A DNA stretch of 64,000 bases from Octopus sinensis (lineage: Eukaryota), in contig NC_042998.1 of assembly GCF_006345805.1 (NCBI RefSeq), forward strand, positions 3,348,001 through 3,412,000, read 5' to 3'. The position numbers and the translations under genes are program-made. Below are positions 25,183-39,800 of the stretch, piece after piece. The notes under the pieces are model-generated. The model was not told the DNA's origin. It was given only the letters and a program-made list of their open reading frames with translations, and did no database searches. Every line of letters starts with the position of its first letter. Position 1 is the first letter of the stretch.

Positions 25183-26808
25183 ACACACACACCACACTAA
25201 TATATTTATATATATATATGTATGTGTGTGTGTGTGTAGTTAATAGAAATACACATAATTTACTGGAAGCATCTAAATTTACCCACAGATAAAATATTAA
25301 AACAACATTTATGTCGGGGAATTAGAAAAGAATGAGGCTATCTCTGTTGTATCATACAAACTTTGTATATATTATTGCACTTTAAACTAGGATAACAGCT
25401 TGCGTTTATGTTTGGGAGTGCATCTCATCAGTCGGAGTGAAATAAGGCCGAATCTTAATAATACAGTTGCATAGTTTACCTTGCCTTTCATAAGCCCTGA
25501 AAGTGCAACACGAATATAGACGGGTTTTTCCTTAGCTTGTAGTACTACGTCTCTTGTGGATATGCTTAACTCAGCAGCCTCATCCTACATACACTTTAGT
25601 GGAGTGACCACATGTGTGCTACATTTATATATTCCAAAAGTGGTACATGGATGTATTTGGAAAACTAACTACTAAGCAGAAATCAATCACCCTTACATTT
25701 GGGGCTGGGGTTATATGATGCCATAGTTTATTCTTTCTGAAGACAATAACTTAACTGTTACATCTTGAGACACATTTTCTCTCCCCTTTCACTCAGTATA
25801 AAGTTTCCGAGACGTCATATGTCTGTACTCGCTTTACAGTTTTGACGATTAAAATGAAATCATAATGTTGTTTGTGTAATCTAATATACACTTCAGTTTT
25901 CTCTTGTGTTTCTTTACATCCAGCTATGCTTATCTAACTCTGTTTATGTTTGTTTGTGTCTATGTTTAGTGAGTGTTTGCTTCCAGCGACTACTTCAACT
26001 TGTTTCCAGTTAACATTTGCCAATTTATGTTTAAGAAATTTTATATACTAGAACGTAGTCAAATTACTTTTCCGAACCGTTTTGTTACTTAGAAAATACT
26101 ACGATCTGCCAGCCGTGTCTCAACGACATTTTATCTTTATTAAACTGCCACTGTTCTACTTGTTCTCTTCATCTAAATAATCTAACTTTCAGTTTTATTC
26201 CTTTCCTTCCCTCTCACAGTTTCTATTATTTTCTTTCCAGAAAGATTATACAATTTCTTTCCTACTTTTCCATTGATTATTCGCTTTCAAGTTTTCTTCG
26301 TGCAGATCTTGAAATAACGTTTTCAAAATCAAGACGTATACATGTCTAACCACAAACAAATCCTCCAACGCTTTACTCTCTAATTACTCTCATTCACTCA
26401 GTTTCTCTTCTCCTCTCTCACTTGCTACCTGGTTTGCTTTACTCTCTTATTCCTTTCTATCTCTCTGCTCCCTCTCTTTCACATTCTGCCCACAATTTCA
26501 CACTTTTACAAAAAACAAACAAACTGTAGGATGGTATCAGTATATTTTTACATGACATTCACTCGTAAACAATATTTCTGTTAAAAAGGTTACGTATCTC
26601 TTCGGCATGCATAGCTTGAGTGTCATCGTGAAATAAAATCTTAATTGTTCGTTGCGTAATTATTTGCGGGTAAAAGACCTTCAGTTTGTTGTTTTTTGGG
26701 GAAGATTCATAACATTGTGTTAGGTTGCACGAACAAGAACATTGAGAGATGATAGCAAAATATTACGTAAAAGATTTCAAATTTGACTCGGTAAAACAAA
26801 AAAATGTT

Positions 26809-27066
26809 TACTCTTTTAATTGTTTCGGTCATTTGACTGTGGCCATGCTGGAGCACCGCCTTTAGTAGAGCAAATCGACCCCCCCCCAGGACTTATTCTT
26901 TGTAAGCCTAGTACTTATTCTATCAGTCTCTTTTGCCGAACCGCTAAGTTACGTGGACATAAACACACCAGCATCTGTTGTCAAGAGATGTTGGGGGGGG
27001 GGGCAAACACAGACACACAAACGTATACACACATACATACATGTATATATATTTATACACACACAC

Positions 27067-27149
<83 letters not shown>

Positions 27150-27312
27150 CATATATACGACGGGATTCTTTCAGTTTCCGCCTACCAAATCCACTCACAA
27201 GGCTTTGGTCGGCCCGAGGCTATAGTAGAAGACACTTGCTCGAGGTGCCATGCAGTGGGACTGAACCCGGAACTATGTGGTTCGTAAGCAAGCTACTAAC
27301 CACATAACCACG
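26809..27312 (-). mobile_element. SINE family A, full length
   Basis: Colinear with 7150-7576, with a longer internal CA/TA tract. Confidence 0.92.
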
Positions 27313-27580
27313 CGCACACATATAAATAGGCCTAATTAAGAAAAAGCTTTTTCTTCGTAAAGAAGTTTTCTTTTTTAGAGATATGTTATCCAAGCGTCGG
27401 TTTTGTATGGATGTGTGTCTTCATATGTGTCCTTGTGTGTGTGTGAAGTGTGTATATGGTCATCTCTTTCAGTCTTCATTTGTGTATGTTGTGTACATGT
27501 GTGTATGTGTATGCTTGTTCGTCCGTACTACCTATGTACCTGTCTATCTATTTACCTATCTGTTCATTTTTATATCCATC

Positions 27581-27619
<39 letters not shown>

Positions 27620-27946
27620 CATCTACGTAACAGCCTACCAACAACTCTACCTGTGTATATATAAACTGTGGGTATTGGGGTATGTCTTCCTTCTACGTAT
27701 GTTTCCTATTTAGTACTGGAGTTGTTTCATTTATAAGGATGTACTTTTGTATTTATCCGAGTGATATGTCCTTCGGATGCTTGGATAAAAAGGGGATTTC
27801 AAGTTGACTCAGTGTGCTGCTATGCTGGTCTTTGGCATGTTGGTAAGGTATGGAGGACTGTTCTTTTGCCGTCATATACATACATACACACACACACAAA
27901 CATATATACACACACATATACATACATACATAGATACATACATACA

Positions 27947-27977
<31 letters not shown>

Positions 27978-28000
27978 GTATATATATATATATATATATA

Positions 28001-28305
28001 TCACCGTGGTGACCGTGACCGACCAGGCTTTAAGATGTTGCTACACATCGCTGGTCACAATGCGCTTCGCATTGTTTTAGCCTTCGGATGACGCCACCCT
28101 GCTGGCTGAGTGAGCAGGCCAACAGAAGAAAGAGTGAGAGAAAGTTGTGGCGAAAGAGTACAGCTGGGATCGCCACCAGCCCCTGCCGGAGCTTCGTGGA
28201 GCTTTAGGTATTTTCGCTCAATAAACACTCACAAAGCCCAGTCTGGGAATCGAAACCGCGATCCTACAATCGCGAGTCCTAACCACTGGGCCATTGCGCC
28301 TCCAC
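28001..28305 (-). mobile_element. SINE family C head and body with an alternative 3' tail
   Basis: Matches family C up to ctttctctcactct, then has an unrelated 3' region ending in cggtcacggtcac repeats. Confidence 0.8.
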
Positions 28306-28363
28306 ACACGCACACACTTATATATGTATTTATAAATGCGTGTATATATATATATATATATAT

Positions 28364-28766
28364 ACTCTTTTACTCTTTTACTTGTTTCAGTCATTTGACT
28401 GCGGCCATGCCGGAGCACCGCCTTTAGTCGAGCAAATCGACCCCGGGACTTTGTAAGCCCAGTACATATTCTATCAGTCTCTTTTGCCGAACCGCTAAGT
28501 GACGGGGACATAAACACACTAGCATCATTTGTCAAGCAATGCTAGGGGGACAAACACAGCCACACAAACACACACACACACACATAAATATATATATATA
28601 TACATATATACGACAGGCTTCTTTCAGTTTCCGTCTACCAAATCAACTCACAAGGCATTGGTCGGCCCGGGACTATAGCAGAAGATACTTGCCCAAGATG
28701 CCACGCAGTGGGACTGAACCCGGAACCATGTGGTTCGTTAGCAAGCTACTTACCACACAGCCACTC
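28364..28766 (-). mobile_element. SINE family A, full length
   Basis: Colinear with 7150-7576. Confidence 0.92.
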
Positions 28767-30880
28767 ATATATATATATTGAAGTATGTATGTATTTACTG
28801 GCGTAAGTGCAGATGTTGGTAGATTAACTATTCTTCTGTACAAAAATACAACACGTAGTGTTTATCACTAGTGATAGAGTCTGAGACTCGGTGCTAATTC
28901 GAGGACAGTATTGATCAGCTCTTCATACGAATCTGACTGTTTGCCGTTGTTTTATAGCAGAATAATTTAAAGACATTCGCAACTTGACTAACGGATTGCT
29001 TGAGATATTCAGCTCGCTCATTCTTTATGTGGCGTAAAAACAGCTGATACGAGTTGACTGTAGGTGCTAAAGAGGATGTAGTGGCTCCAAGCAGGAGAGG
29101 TGTTTGTAAGATGTCAAGAAAGATAAGGCTGTTATTTCCCATTATAAGCAGAACGAATTTTATGTTTATGTATATTTGTTGTTGTTTGTGTATCTATTGA
29201 TTCTAATTTTCCGTTTTATTACATTGTCTGTGTCGATTCAGCTGTCCATGATAAAATTATGTTTGAAAATAATGTTTCTTCCATATCTCTAGCATCTTTA
29301 ATAAAACTCTCTATATTCTATTTATACCAATGGTATATTATATATCTAGTATCTAAGACATCTCCACATCGTTACATCTTTGCATCTTCAACACTAAGAA
29401 TTTTCGTTCAACTCGCATATCAATGGCTATCTTTATTACACTCTTATATATGACAATGTCTAAATCAGAATTTACAATGTTCTCCTAAATATGTAAAAGT
29501 ACGGAATGAACAACTATAATCTCAGGGTCTTGAATAACGAATGACCTGAGAATAAAGAATAGTAACTATAATGTATAATACGATATATATCTTGAAAATA
29601 TCCCTAATCTCTCGTTCTATAACTCTTTCTAAGATTCTCATAATTGAAACATATTTCAAAATATGTAAATATTACATTATTAACATGTCAAGCTCAATAT
29701 AGCTGTTACATATAACATATCTACATATCTACATACAGTTTTATCTGAAAGAAACAAACTGAGTCGTGGAAATATTTTTATGATAATAATTTTCTTTCTA
29801 ATTTAGACACAAGGTCAACAATTTTGAGGGGTGGGGAGATAAGTCGATCCCATCAACCCCAGTGCTCAATTAGAAGTTAATTTATCAACTCGGAAAGAAT
29901 AAAAGTCAAAGTCGATCTCCGCAGCATTAGAACTCAAAATGAGAAGAATCTGATGAAATTCCGCTAAGTATTTATTTTGTTTGACCTCTAATTTATAATA
30001 TTCTATAAAGCCAATGACACTTTTTCAAATAAAGATATCATCTGTTCAATCTAAAGTCTCTGCCGATCAGAGTCAACAATGGTTCATAGGTCACAGGAAA
30101 GTAATTCTCCAGGTTGTTGGTGCCATGTATCGTACACCGAAAGTAAGCTTAAAGAAGTAATTTTTATTAAAAAAACTAGTCGATGCCCAGCGAGCAAATA
30201 TTCCCTTTCCACAGCAATGATGTTATCCAAGGGACGGGCAGGGACGGAATCGTCAGAATATTGAACAAAATAGTTAGATTATTATGGTATAAATAAATGA
30301 ATTTTTGTTGGACGATTTGAGGCAAAGTGAATTGTTGATATCTGCTGTGATACCATATTTGATTCTCCCTATGGCTTCAGTCGCTATAACTGATCGAATT
30401 TCGAGACAGTAAATGATTGACATACAGTCACGTATAATTATATACTCATATAATTATATTATGCTCGATTCCATAGCAGAATACGCTTAATCAAAGTATC
30501 GCATGAGGGGACCAAACTTGGAATCATAAGGTTGAAAGATGAATGTTTTAGCTATGCCGATATTTCGGCGTTTCTGCCATTTAAGATGGCTTATTCGAAG
30601 AATCGTATTAAAACATATCTTTTTTTGCTTTTTAACATTTTGTTCATTTACTAGCAATTTTACACTGCTACACAATAACGCATTTTTTTTTATACAAGCT
30701 TCATATACTCCCTTTTGTACACCGGCAAAATCGTTTTTGTTGCTATATTTAAGACCCTCTATCAACTATCGTTACTGATTCCCTCTAAATATACTATTAC
30801 TACTAATTCTTCCCTCAGATACAATCAATTCTGTCATTACTAGATTCCCCCCACCTACAGTATCTATACTAGATACTATA

Positions 30881-31260
30881 GGCACTGGGGTGGCCGTGTG
30901 GTTAGGAGCTTTCTTCCCAAACACAGGGTTCCGGGTTCAGTCCAACTGCCTGTCACTTTGGGCAAATGTTTTCTTCTATAGCCTCTGACCGATCAAAGCA
31001 TTGTGAGTGGATATGGTAGACGGAAACTGAAAGAAGCCCGTAGCATAAATATATATGCATGTATGTATCTGTACACACACACACACATATATATATTTAT
31101 ATATATATATGTTCATCGCTCCCTTTTGGCCGAACCACTAAGTTACGGGGACGTAAACACACCTAACTTAGTTGTTCGGCAAAAAGTACCAATGAACACA
31201 ATATAAGTACCCCAGCATGACCGCAGTCTAATGACTTAAACAAGTAGAAGAGTTAAAAGA
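30881..31260 (+). mobile_element. SINE family A, diverged, with internal fold-back
   Basis: Head at 30881; tail segment 31111-31163 is inverted before the tail resumes on +. Confidence 0.75.
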
Positions 31261-32094
31261 GAAATGTATATCCCCCCCTCATTAAAACCCACAAACTTCA
31301 CTGTAACGTTTGAACTTTATCAAGTTATTACATAAATCTAACTCGATTTTCGATTCCAATGTTTAATATTTTGTTGTTTAGCCCCAGGTCAGTGAATAAA
31401 CCTATAATTAAAAGCCTTTCCAGTCGTTGGCCCCTCGTTCTCTTGGGATAGCTATGACTACATTATCCAAGTGTTCTGGTTCTTTTTCTTTTAAAGATGG
31501 AAGGATATGCTTTGATAACGACTTACTTGCTATTTCTTGCCCGTCCAGTCACCTGTTATTTGAAATGTTTTAAATATCTGTATCCATATTATAGCTTTAT
31601 TGTATTAAAACTTCAAGAGTTTACCGTGTGAGTATCAATTGACCTAGTAACAATAAAAAAGAAAAATGCTATGAAATTATTGTTTCTTACTTTCGCAATT
31701 TTTTCTAAATATCATCTCTGCTGGAAACTTAATCGAGAAGTTTATTCAACTTAGTGACACGAATAGCTTATTTAACCTGCTGGGAAGTTCACTTATATAG
31801 TGTTCCTAACAACTTACTTCATTGCCTTCGGTAATATATGTACTAATGTGTATCAACACAATACTGAAGTCTAGGAAAATAAATTACTCTCCCTCATTCT
31901 CTCTCTCTCTCTCTCTCTTAAAAGAAGTAAATCAGATTATTCGATTAGATGGTTCTGAAAATGTTTATTTCGTCTTATATATGAATGGTAATGGTATACA
32001 TTGTTATATTCTGTACATTGCTTATTATCTTTTATTTAGCGATGGAAAATCTCTAATATACATATATACATGCATACATATGTATATATGTGTA

Positions 32095-32895
32095 TGTATA
32101 TATATATAATATTATATATATATAATATATATATATTTATTTATTATATATATATTTATTTATTATATATATATTTATTTATTATATATATATATTATTT
32201 ATTATATATATATATATTTATTTATTATATATATATTTATTTATTATATATATATTTATTTATTATATATATATATATTTATTTATTATATATATATATT
32301 TATTTATTATATATTTATTTATATATATATATATATTATTTATATATATATTTATTTATTATATATATATTTATTTATTATATATTATATATATTTATTT
32401 ATTATATATATATTTATTATTATATATATTTATTTATTATACATATATTTATTTATTATATATATTATATATTTATTTATTATATATATATTATTTATTA
32501 TATAGATATATATATTTATTTATTATATATATTTATTTATTATATATATATTTATTTATTATTATATATATATATATTTATTATATATATATATATATAT
32601 TTATTTATTATATATATTTATTTATTATATATATATTTATTTATATATATATATATATTATTTATTTATTATATATATTTATTTATATATATATATTTAT
32701 TTATTAATATATTTATTTATTATATATATATATATATATTTATTTATTATTATATATTTATTTATATATATATATATTATATATATATATATTATAAATA
32801 TATATATCTATATATATATATTATTATATATATATATATATTATATATATAATATATATATATATATATACATACATATACATATATATATATAT
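32095..32895. repeat. AT-only compound (TA)n/(TTTA)n low-complexity tract
   Basis: Read directly; source of the 260-aa I/Y/L ORF. Confidence 0.95.
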
Positions 32896-32990
32896 ATCTT
32901 CCCTTTTTCCTGAGCGTCCAATAATACTTTATTTGTTCCACGTCCTTGCGTTGTTGTGTTTTTTTTGTTTCTTGTTTGGATTAACTTTAT

Positions 32991-33058
<68 letters not shown>

Positions 33059-33295
33059 ATCGGTACGCTAGGTAAGTGCTGTACGGATTACTAAAGATTC
33101 CAAGGTTGTAGCCGAGACGGTAGTTATGGAGCCATTGCAGATTTTTTACATAGTGGATATATAATTGTTAAAGAGGACAACAAACGTTAAAGCAAGGTAA
33201 ACATCTCAAGTCATAAGCATTATTATTATTGGAAAAAGAATTCAAAGTCTTACAGCTGTTTCTGGGATATCTGATTTCCCTATTTTTCTCAATTT

Positions 33296-33351
33296 GTCTC
33301 TGATGACGGAATATCCCATACTCTGGGATATCTCAGAAACAGCTGGAAGAC
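33296..33351 (+). ncRNA. Type I hammerhead motif in an inverted-repeat element
   Basis: gtct CTGATGA [atatccca..tgggatat] GAAA cagctg GA agac; the mirrored arm at 33247-33271 retains GAAACAGCTGTA-AGAC. Confidence 0.65.
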
Positions 33352-33434
33352 TGAAACTTTTTCCAAAACTAATAAGGTATATGACATGAGATGTTTGCCT
33401 TGCTTTAACGTTTGCTGTCCTCTTTAACAATTAT

Positions 33435-34035
33435 ATGTATATCAAGACAAAGATCATGGTCTTCCGTGCTATTATCCTGTCAACTCTACTCTACGCTTGT
33501 GAGACTTGGACGTTGTACCACCGTGACTTCAAGCGCCTTTGCTTCCAGCAATCGAAGCTACGGCAGATCCTCAACATACAATGGGAAGATCACGTTACCA
33601 ACAAGGAGGTTCTTCGCCGTGCCTCACAACCAAGTATCAAAGCCACCATCGTCTCCCCTGGGCAGGTCAGTTCCAGTGTATGGAGCCCTTTCGTCTCCTA
33701 AGGATCATGCTCTATTGAGAACTTGCAATCTGAACAAGGGCCAGAGGAGGTCCTAAATTCCGTTTTAAAGCTCAAACGGACCTTGGTTCAAGCTAACATC
33801 TAGCCATCCTAATGTGAACAAATTGCCATGGATAGGACAGACTGGAGGACTGCTATCCGCAATGGAGCCAGCTCCTTCGGGTAGAACAGACAACAGAACG
33901 AGGAGGTAAAACGTAAGAGAAAAAAGGAGTGTCTTTAAAATCCTCGACCTTCACCGACCATCCCGTGCGAGTTCTGCCCACGACTCTTTCACCACCGACT
34001 TGGACTCCAGAGACACTTTCGGCAGAAACATCAGC
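33435..34035 (+). mobile_element. RTE LINE 3' fragment with C-terminal C2H2-like finger
   Basis: TKIMVFRAIILSTLLYACETWT...LRQILNIQWEDHVTNKEVLRRA and CEFCPRLFHHRLGLQRHFRQKH; frameshifted. Confidence 0.92.
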
Positions 34036-35249
34036 CGAGGAGACTGGTTGGAAACTGTCGAAGCGAATGCTCGGTTACGAGTTGGAGCTGATTAAAGTGG
34101 AAAAAACGGCAGAATCATTAGCATGCCGGACGAAATGCGCGACAGCATTTCTTCTAGATTTATTCTTTCGGGGTTGATAAAATAAGTATCAGTTGAATAC
34201 CGAAGTCGATTATAGCGTCTTCAAAAAAAAAAAAAAAAAAAAGGCGTTGTGTTTACAAATAGAAAGGATTGTTATGTTTTTTGTTCAGACCCTTTATCTA
34301 CTTAAGCAATACATTCTATCCTTACGAGTCCTTAAATTTCTTTAAAGATGACATAATATAATTTAAGGGAGGTTTGATTGCTATTTTTAGACGTCTGAGT
34401 GTCCCAGTAGAGATTCCCTCTTTGGTTTCTTCTTTTGAAATAATCATCTGCATTTTAGTTGGGTGGGGTTAAAACGCTTCTTAATCTCTTTCGAAAACAC
34501 CCATTCTCAATATCCTAGACTAGAGAAAGTACATCTTTCTGTACTAAGTAATTACACGATGCATGCAACTTAGTAGAGTCATATATTTAGAAAGCTCTTA
34601 TTAAAATGGCTACACCTAAGGAGTCTGTTTTGACATTGAAGACTAATGGGAAAGTGTAATGAAATCTGAGTAGAAGGGAACTCCCGGGAAAAAGATATTA
34701 CTTTAAGTAATTGAATATTTTTGATGAACTGTTTCCCTAAATTATGCAGCCAAAACATTATTCAAATAGAAAAAGAGACGAAAAGTTTGGGGATAAACAT
34801 ACCGAAATAAGTGCTATTTAACAACATGATGATTACTGAAAAAAGATGGGATGTTTTGATGTGATGTAAGAACTAGCGATAGAAGGTGTGGCCGGTTTTG
34901 CTGAAAAGTCACTAGTTAGCACTTCAACGTAAATTTTGAGCCTTCTGAACAGAAATTGTTGACAGTATGTCTTGTAACACATATTTCAGGTTAAACAGAC
35001 TGTTATCACGGAGCCTATAAAGTATATAGTTATCTATTTTACTTCTTCTCACGGTTGGAAACTGTTATCGAAAATAGTTACCATGTATGAAATAGCTCTG
35101 GGAAAGCTATAATTCGCCGCACTGGTACTCAACTGTACCAGTTGAAAACAGCTGTAGGCTTATGAGAATGAATACTTAAAAGCTGCACTTTCGTCATTCA
35201 TTTATTAAATAATTTTACCTTCTGTCCTAGCTGCTTAGTCACACAGTCA

Positions 35250-35620
35250 TGTCAGCTGGCAGAATCGTTAGCACACCGGGCAAAATGCTTAGCGGCATTT
35301 CACCCGTCTTTACATTCTGAGTTCAAATTTCTCCGAGACCGACTTTGCCTTTCAGGGTCGATAAACTAAGTACCAGTCAACCACTGAGGTCGTTGTAATC
35401 AACTTACCCCTCTCCGAAAATTTCAGGCCTTGAGCCTATAGCAGAAAGGAATATTATATTCTGTACTAGAGCGACGAGTCGCCTGAATCGTTAGCATGTC
35501 GGGCAAAATGGTTAGCGGCATTTCGTCCGTCTTTACGTTCTGAATTCAAATTCCACCAAAGTCAGTTTTGCCTTTCATCCTTTCAGAGTCGAAAAATAAG
35601 CACCAGTCGAAATCTGCTCG
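35250..35620 (+). mobile_element. Two tandem SINE family B-related copies
   Basis: agctggcagaatcgttagc...gagttcaaatt...gactttgcctttca occurs twice. Confidence 0.8.
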
Positions 35621-35940
35621 GTTGAAACTGGTTCACCCTGCGTTTTGAACACGTTCGGTTTTACGTTCGTACTTCAAGAGTCGGGAACCCTGATTGTATC
35701 TTAATCGAAACAACACACGGCAAAATCATCTTTATTTTTTTGTCGTGAAAGTTTGGAATGCCAACAAGTGGATAAGACCATTCCACGATAATATACGGAA
35801 AGCTTAATTACTTGTTTGTAATACAAAGTTATCTATTTCTCTAAAATGCATAGGAGTATCTCTGAGGACCTCGGCTAATAGAAAAGAAATATATCTAAAA
35901 GACATAAGTATTTTAACTTCCTGTTTTACTTCTAAGAGTA

Positions 35941-36159
35941 CGAGGGGTTGCTGAAAAGTTTCTGGTTTTAAGGGTGTCGTGGAAGACCTGCATAGAGGCC
36001 CAACCTTTCGAGTTCTTTAACAGGGTTTAGAAAAAAACCGTAAGACCGCTGCAATAGTGTGTGAATCTGAGAAGGGGAATATGTTGAATAAAATCATAGA
36101 TAACCGATTCTCCTGTATTTTCTTTTACCAAAAGCTAGGGGCTTTTCAGCTCCCCATCG
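35941..36159 (+). mobile_element. Mariner-derived MITE (intact, TA-flanked)
   Basis: TA|cgaggggttgctgaaaagt ... cttttcagctccccatcg|TA; internal gaatctgagaaggggaatatgttgaataa is a mariner C-terminal GEYVE* remnant. Confidence 0.85.
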
Positions 36160-36806
36160 TATGCTTCTCTAAGAGAATAGAAATATAAACAGAGCCAGGA
36201 AAAACTACTAGAAGACTGTGTCCGTTAAAAGCCGTAGTGAAGTTCGCACAGCACAAGTTATTTTTTTAAATCTGAGTTTAGTCCGATTAAAAGGAACTAC
36301 ATGCAGTCTTTCTGGCCTTGATTTCGTATATCATAGATGTTTTCTAATGTGCCTTTCATTTATTTTCATTTCTTTATTAAGACGGTTGAAAAAATTGGGC
36401 TGCTATTTCTAGCATGTTGCGTAGAGGCTTCCTCTGTTCATTGCGACACGAATAAATCTGTATGCCGTGATGGAGGCAGGAATTCTAACGGTTCAGACAG
36501 GGTTCTCTTTCCCTACCCTGTAACATATTTATGTAACACTATCAGAAAACATTTCATGTTTTCTGATAGCGTTACGTAAATATGTTTCAACATGTGAGAA
36601 AAACAAAACAAAAGATAGAGCGAAAGACTTAGGAATGGGAGGGAGTTATAGCGGCAGAATAGACCTAGGTAGGATGTCAACGGGTAACGGAACATTATGA
36701 AGAGCGAGGGGAAAGGGAAGGTAAAAGTTATCAAGAAACTAGGAAAGATTCGTTGAAGGTGGTCGCGGAAATGTTAAGTTCTAAAAGTTACACATATGGA
36801 AGTTTG

Positions 36807-39800
36807 CATGGGTGCAGGGAAGATCCTGGCTTTGGGTAAAAGAAAATAGCGGAGAATCAGTTTATTAGGATTTTATTCTACATATTCTCCTCTCAGATAC
36901 GCACACGCATTGCAGCGGTCCTTCTGTTTTTCTAAGCCCTGTAAAAGGAATGCCGACAGAGATCAAAGAGGAATGCCGACATAGATCAAAGATGAATGCC
37001 GACAGAGATCAAAGAGGAATGCCGACAGAGATCAAAGAGGAATGCCGACAGAGATCAAAGAGGAATGCCGACAGAGATCGAAGAGGAATGCCGACAGAGA
37101 TCGAAGAGGAATGCCGACAGAGATCAAAGGGGAATGCCGACAGAGATCAAAGAGGAGTACCGACAGAGATCAAAGAGGAATGCCGAGAGAGATCAAAGAG
37201 GAGTACCGACAGAGATCAAATAGGAATGCCGAGAGAGATCAAAGAGGAGTACCGACAGAGATCAAAGAGGAATGCCGACAAAGAACAAAGAGGAGTGCCA
37301 CAGAGATCGAAGAGGAGTGCCGACAGAGATCGAAGAGGAATGCCGACAGAGATCAAAGAGGAGTGCCGACAGAGATCGAAGAGGAATGCCGAGAGAGATC
37401 AAAGAGGAGTACCGACAGAGATCAAAGAGGAATGCCGAGAGAGATCAAAGAGGAGTACCGACAGAGATCGAAGAGGAGTGACGACAGAGATCGAAGAGGA
37501 ATGCCGACAGAGATCGAAGAGGAGTGCCGGAAGAGATCGAAGAGGAATGCCGACAGTGATCAAAGAAGAGTATCGACAGAGATGAAAGAGGAATGCCGAC
37601 ATAGATCAAAGAGGAGTACCGACAAAGATCAAAGAGGAATGCCGACAGAGATCAAAGAGGAATGCCGACAGAGATCAAAGAGGAATGCCGACAGAGATCA
37701 AAGAAGAGTACCGACAGAGATCAAAGAAGAATGCCGACATAGATCAAAGAGGTGTACCGACATAGTTCAAAGAAGAATGCCGACATAGATCAAAGAGGAG
37801 TACCGACAGAGATCAAAGAGGAATGCCGACAGAGATCAAAGAGGAATGCCGACAGAGATCAAAGAGGAATGCCGACAGAGATCGAAGAGGAATGCCGACA
37901 GAGATCAAAGAGGAATGCCGACAGAGATCAAAGAGGAATGCCGACAGAGATCAAAGAGGAATGCCGACAGAGATCGAAGAGGAATGCCGACAGAGATCGA
38001 AGAGGAGTGCCGACAGAGATCGAAGGGGAATGCCGATAGAGATCAAAGAGGAGTACCGACAGATTTCAAAGAGGAATGCCGACAGAGATCAAAGAAGAGT
38101 ACCGACAGAGATCAAAGAGGGATGCGGACATAGATCAAAGAGGAGTACCGACAGAGTTCAAAGAGGAGTGCCGACAGAGATCGAAGGGGAATGCCGACAG
38201 ATATAAAAGAGGAGTCCGACAGAGATCAAAGAGGAATGCCGACAGAGATCAAAGAGGAGTACCGCCAGAGATAGATCAAATAGGAATGCCGAGAGAGATC
38301 AAAGAGAAGTACCGACAAAGATCAAAGAGGAATGCCGAGAGAGATCAAAGAGGAGTGCCGACAGAGATCGAAGAGGAGTGCCGACAGAGATCGAAGAGGA
38401 ATGCCGACAGAGATCGAAGAGGAGTGCCGGCAGAGATCGAAGAGGAGTGCCGGCAGAGATCGAAGAGGAGTACCGACAGAGATCAAAGAGGAATGCCGAC
38501 AGAGATCAAAGGGGAGTACCGACATAGATCAAAGAGGAATGCCGACAGAGTACCGACAGAGATCAAAGTGGAATGCCGACAGATATCAAAGAGGAGTACC
38601 GATATAGATCAAAGAGGAGTGCCGATAGAGATCAAGGAGGAATGCCGACGGAGATCAAAGAGGAGTACCGACAGAGATCAAAGAAGAGTACCGACAGAGA
38701 TCAAAGAGGAATGCTGACAGAGATCAAAGAGGAATGCCGACAGAGATCAAAGAAGAGTACCGACAGAGATCAAAGAGGAATGCCGACAGAGATTAAAGAG
38801 GAATGCCGACAGAGTACCGACAGAGATCAAAGTGGAATGCCGACAGATATCAAAGAGGGAGTCCGACAGAGGTCAAAGAGGAATGCCGACAGAGATCAAA
38901 GAGGAATACCGACAGAGATCAAAGAGGAATGCCGACAGAGTACCGACAGAGATCAAAGTGGAATGCCGACAGATATCAAAGAGGAGTACCGATATAGATC
39001 AAAGAGGAGTACCGACAGAGATCAAAGAGGAATGCCGACAGAGATCAAAGGGGAGTACCGACATAGATCAAAGAGGAATGCCGACAGAGATCAAAGAGGA
39101 GTACCGACAGAGATCAAATTGGAATGCTGACAGATATCAAAGAGGAGTACCGATATAGATCAAAGAGGAGTGCCGATAGAGATCAAGGAGGAATGCCGAC
39201 GGAGATCAAAGAGGAGTACCGACAGAGATCAAAGAAGAGTACCGACAGAGATCAAAGAGGAATGCTGACAGAGATCAAAGAGGAATGCCGACAGAGATCA
39301 AAGAAGAGTACCGACAGAGATCAAAGAGGAATGCCGACAGAGATTAAAGAGGAATGCCGACAGAGATCAAAGAAGAGTACCGACAGAGATCAAAGAGGAA
39401 TGCCGACAGAGATCAAAGAGGAATGCCGACAGAGATCAAAGAGGAGTACCGACAGAGATCAAAGAGGAATGCCGACAGAGATCAAAGAGGAATGCCGGCA
39501 GAGATCTAAGGGGAGTACCGACATAGATCAAAGAAGAATGCCGACAGAGATCAAAGAGGAGTACCGACAGAGATCAAAGTGGAATGCCGACAGATATCAA
39601 AGAGGAGTACCGACGGAGATCAAAGTGGAATGCCGACAGATATCAAAGAGGAGTACCGATATAGATCAAAGAGGAGTGCCGATAGAGATCAAAGAGGAAT
39701 GCCGACAGAGATCAAAGAGGAGTACCGACAGAGATCAAAGAGGAATGCCGACAGAGATTAAAGAAGAGTACCGACAGAGATCAAAGAGGAATGCCGACAG

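Noticed and set aside
28860-30780. Possible exons or transposase (ORFs at 28915, 30079 and 30487)
   Set aside because: Only vague motif resemblance with many stops; no family or splice structure can be assigned.
32070-32852. 260-aa hydrophobic ORF and similar YI/HT/CV ORFs throughout the window
   Set aside because: These are translations of TA, CA and CATA microsatellites.
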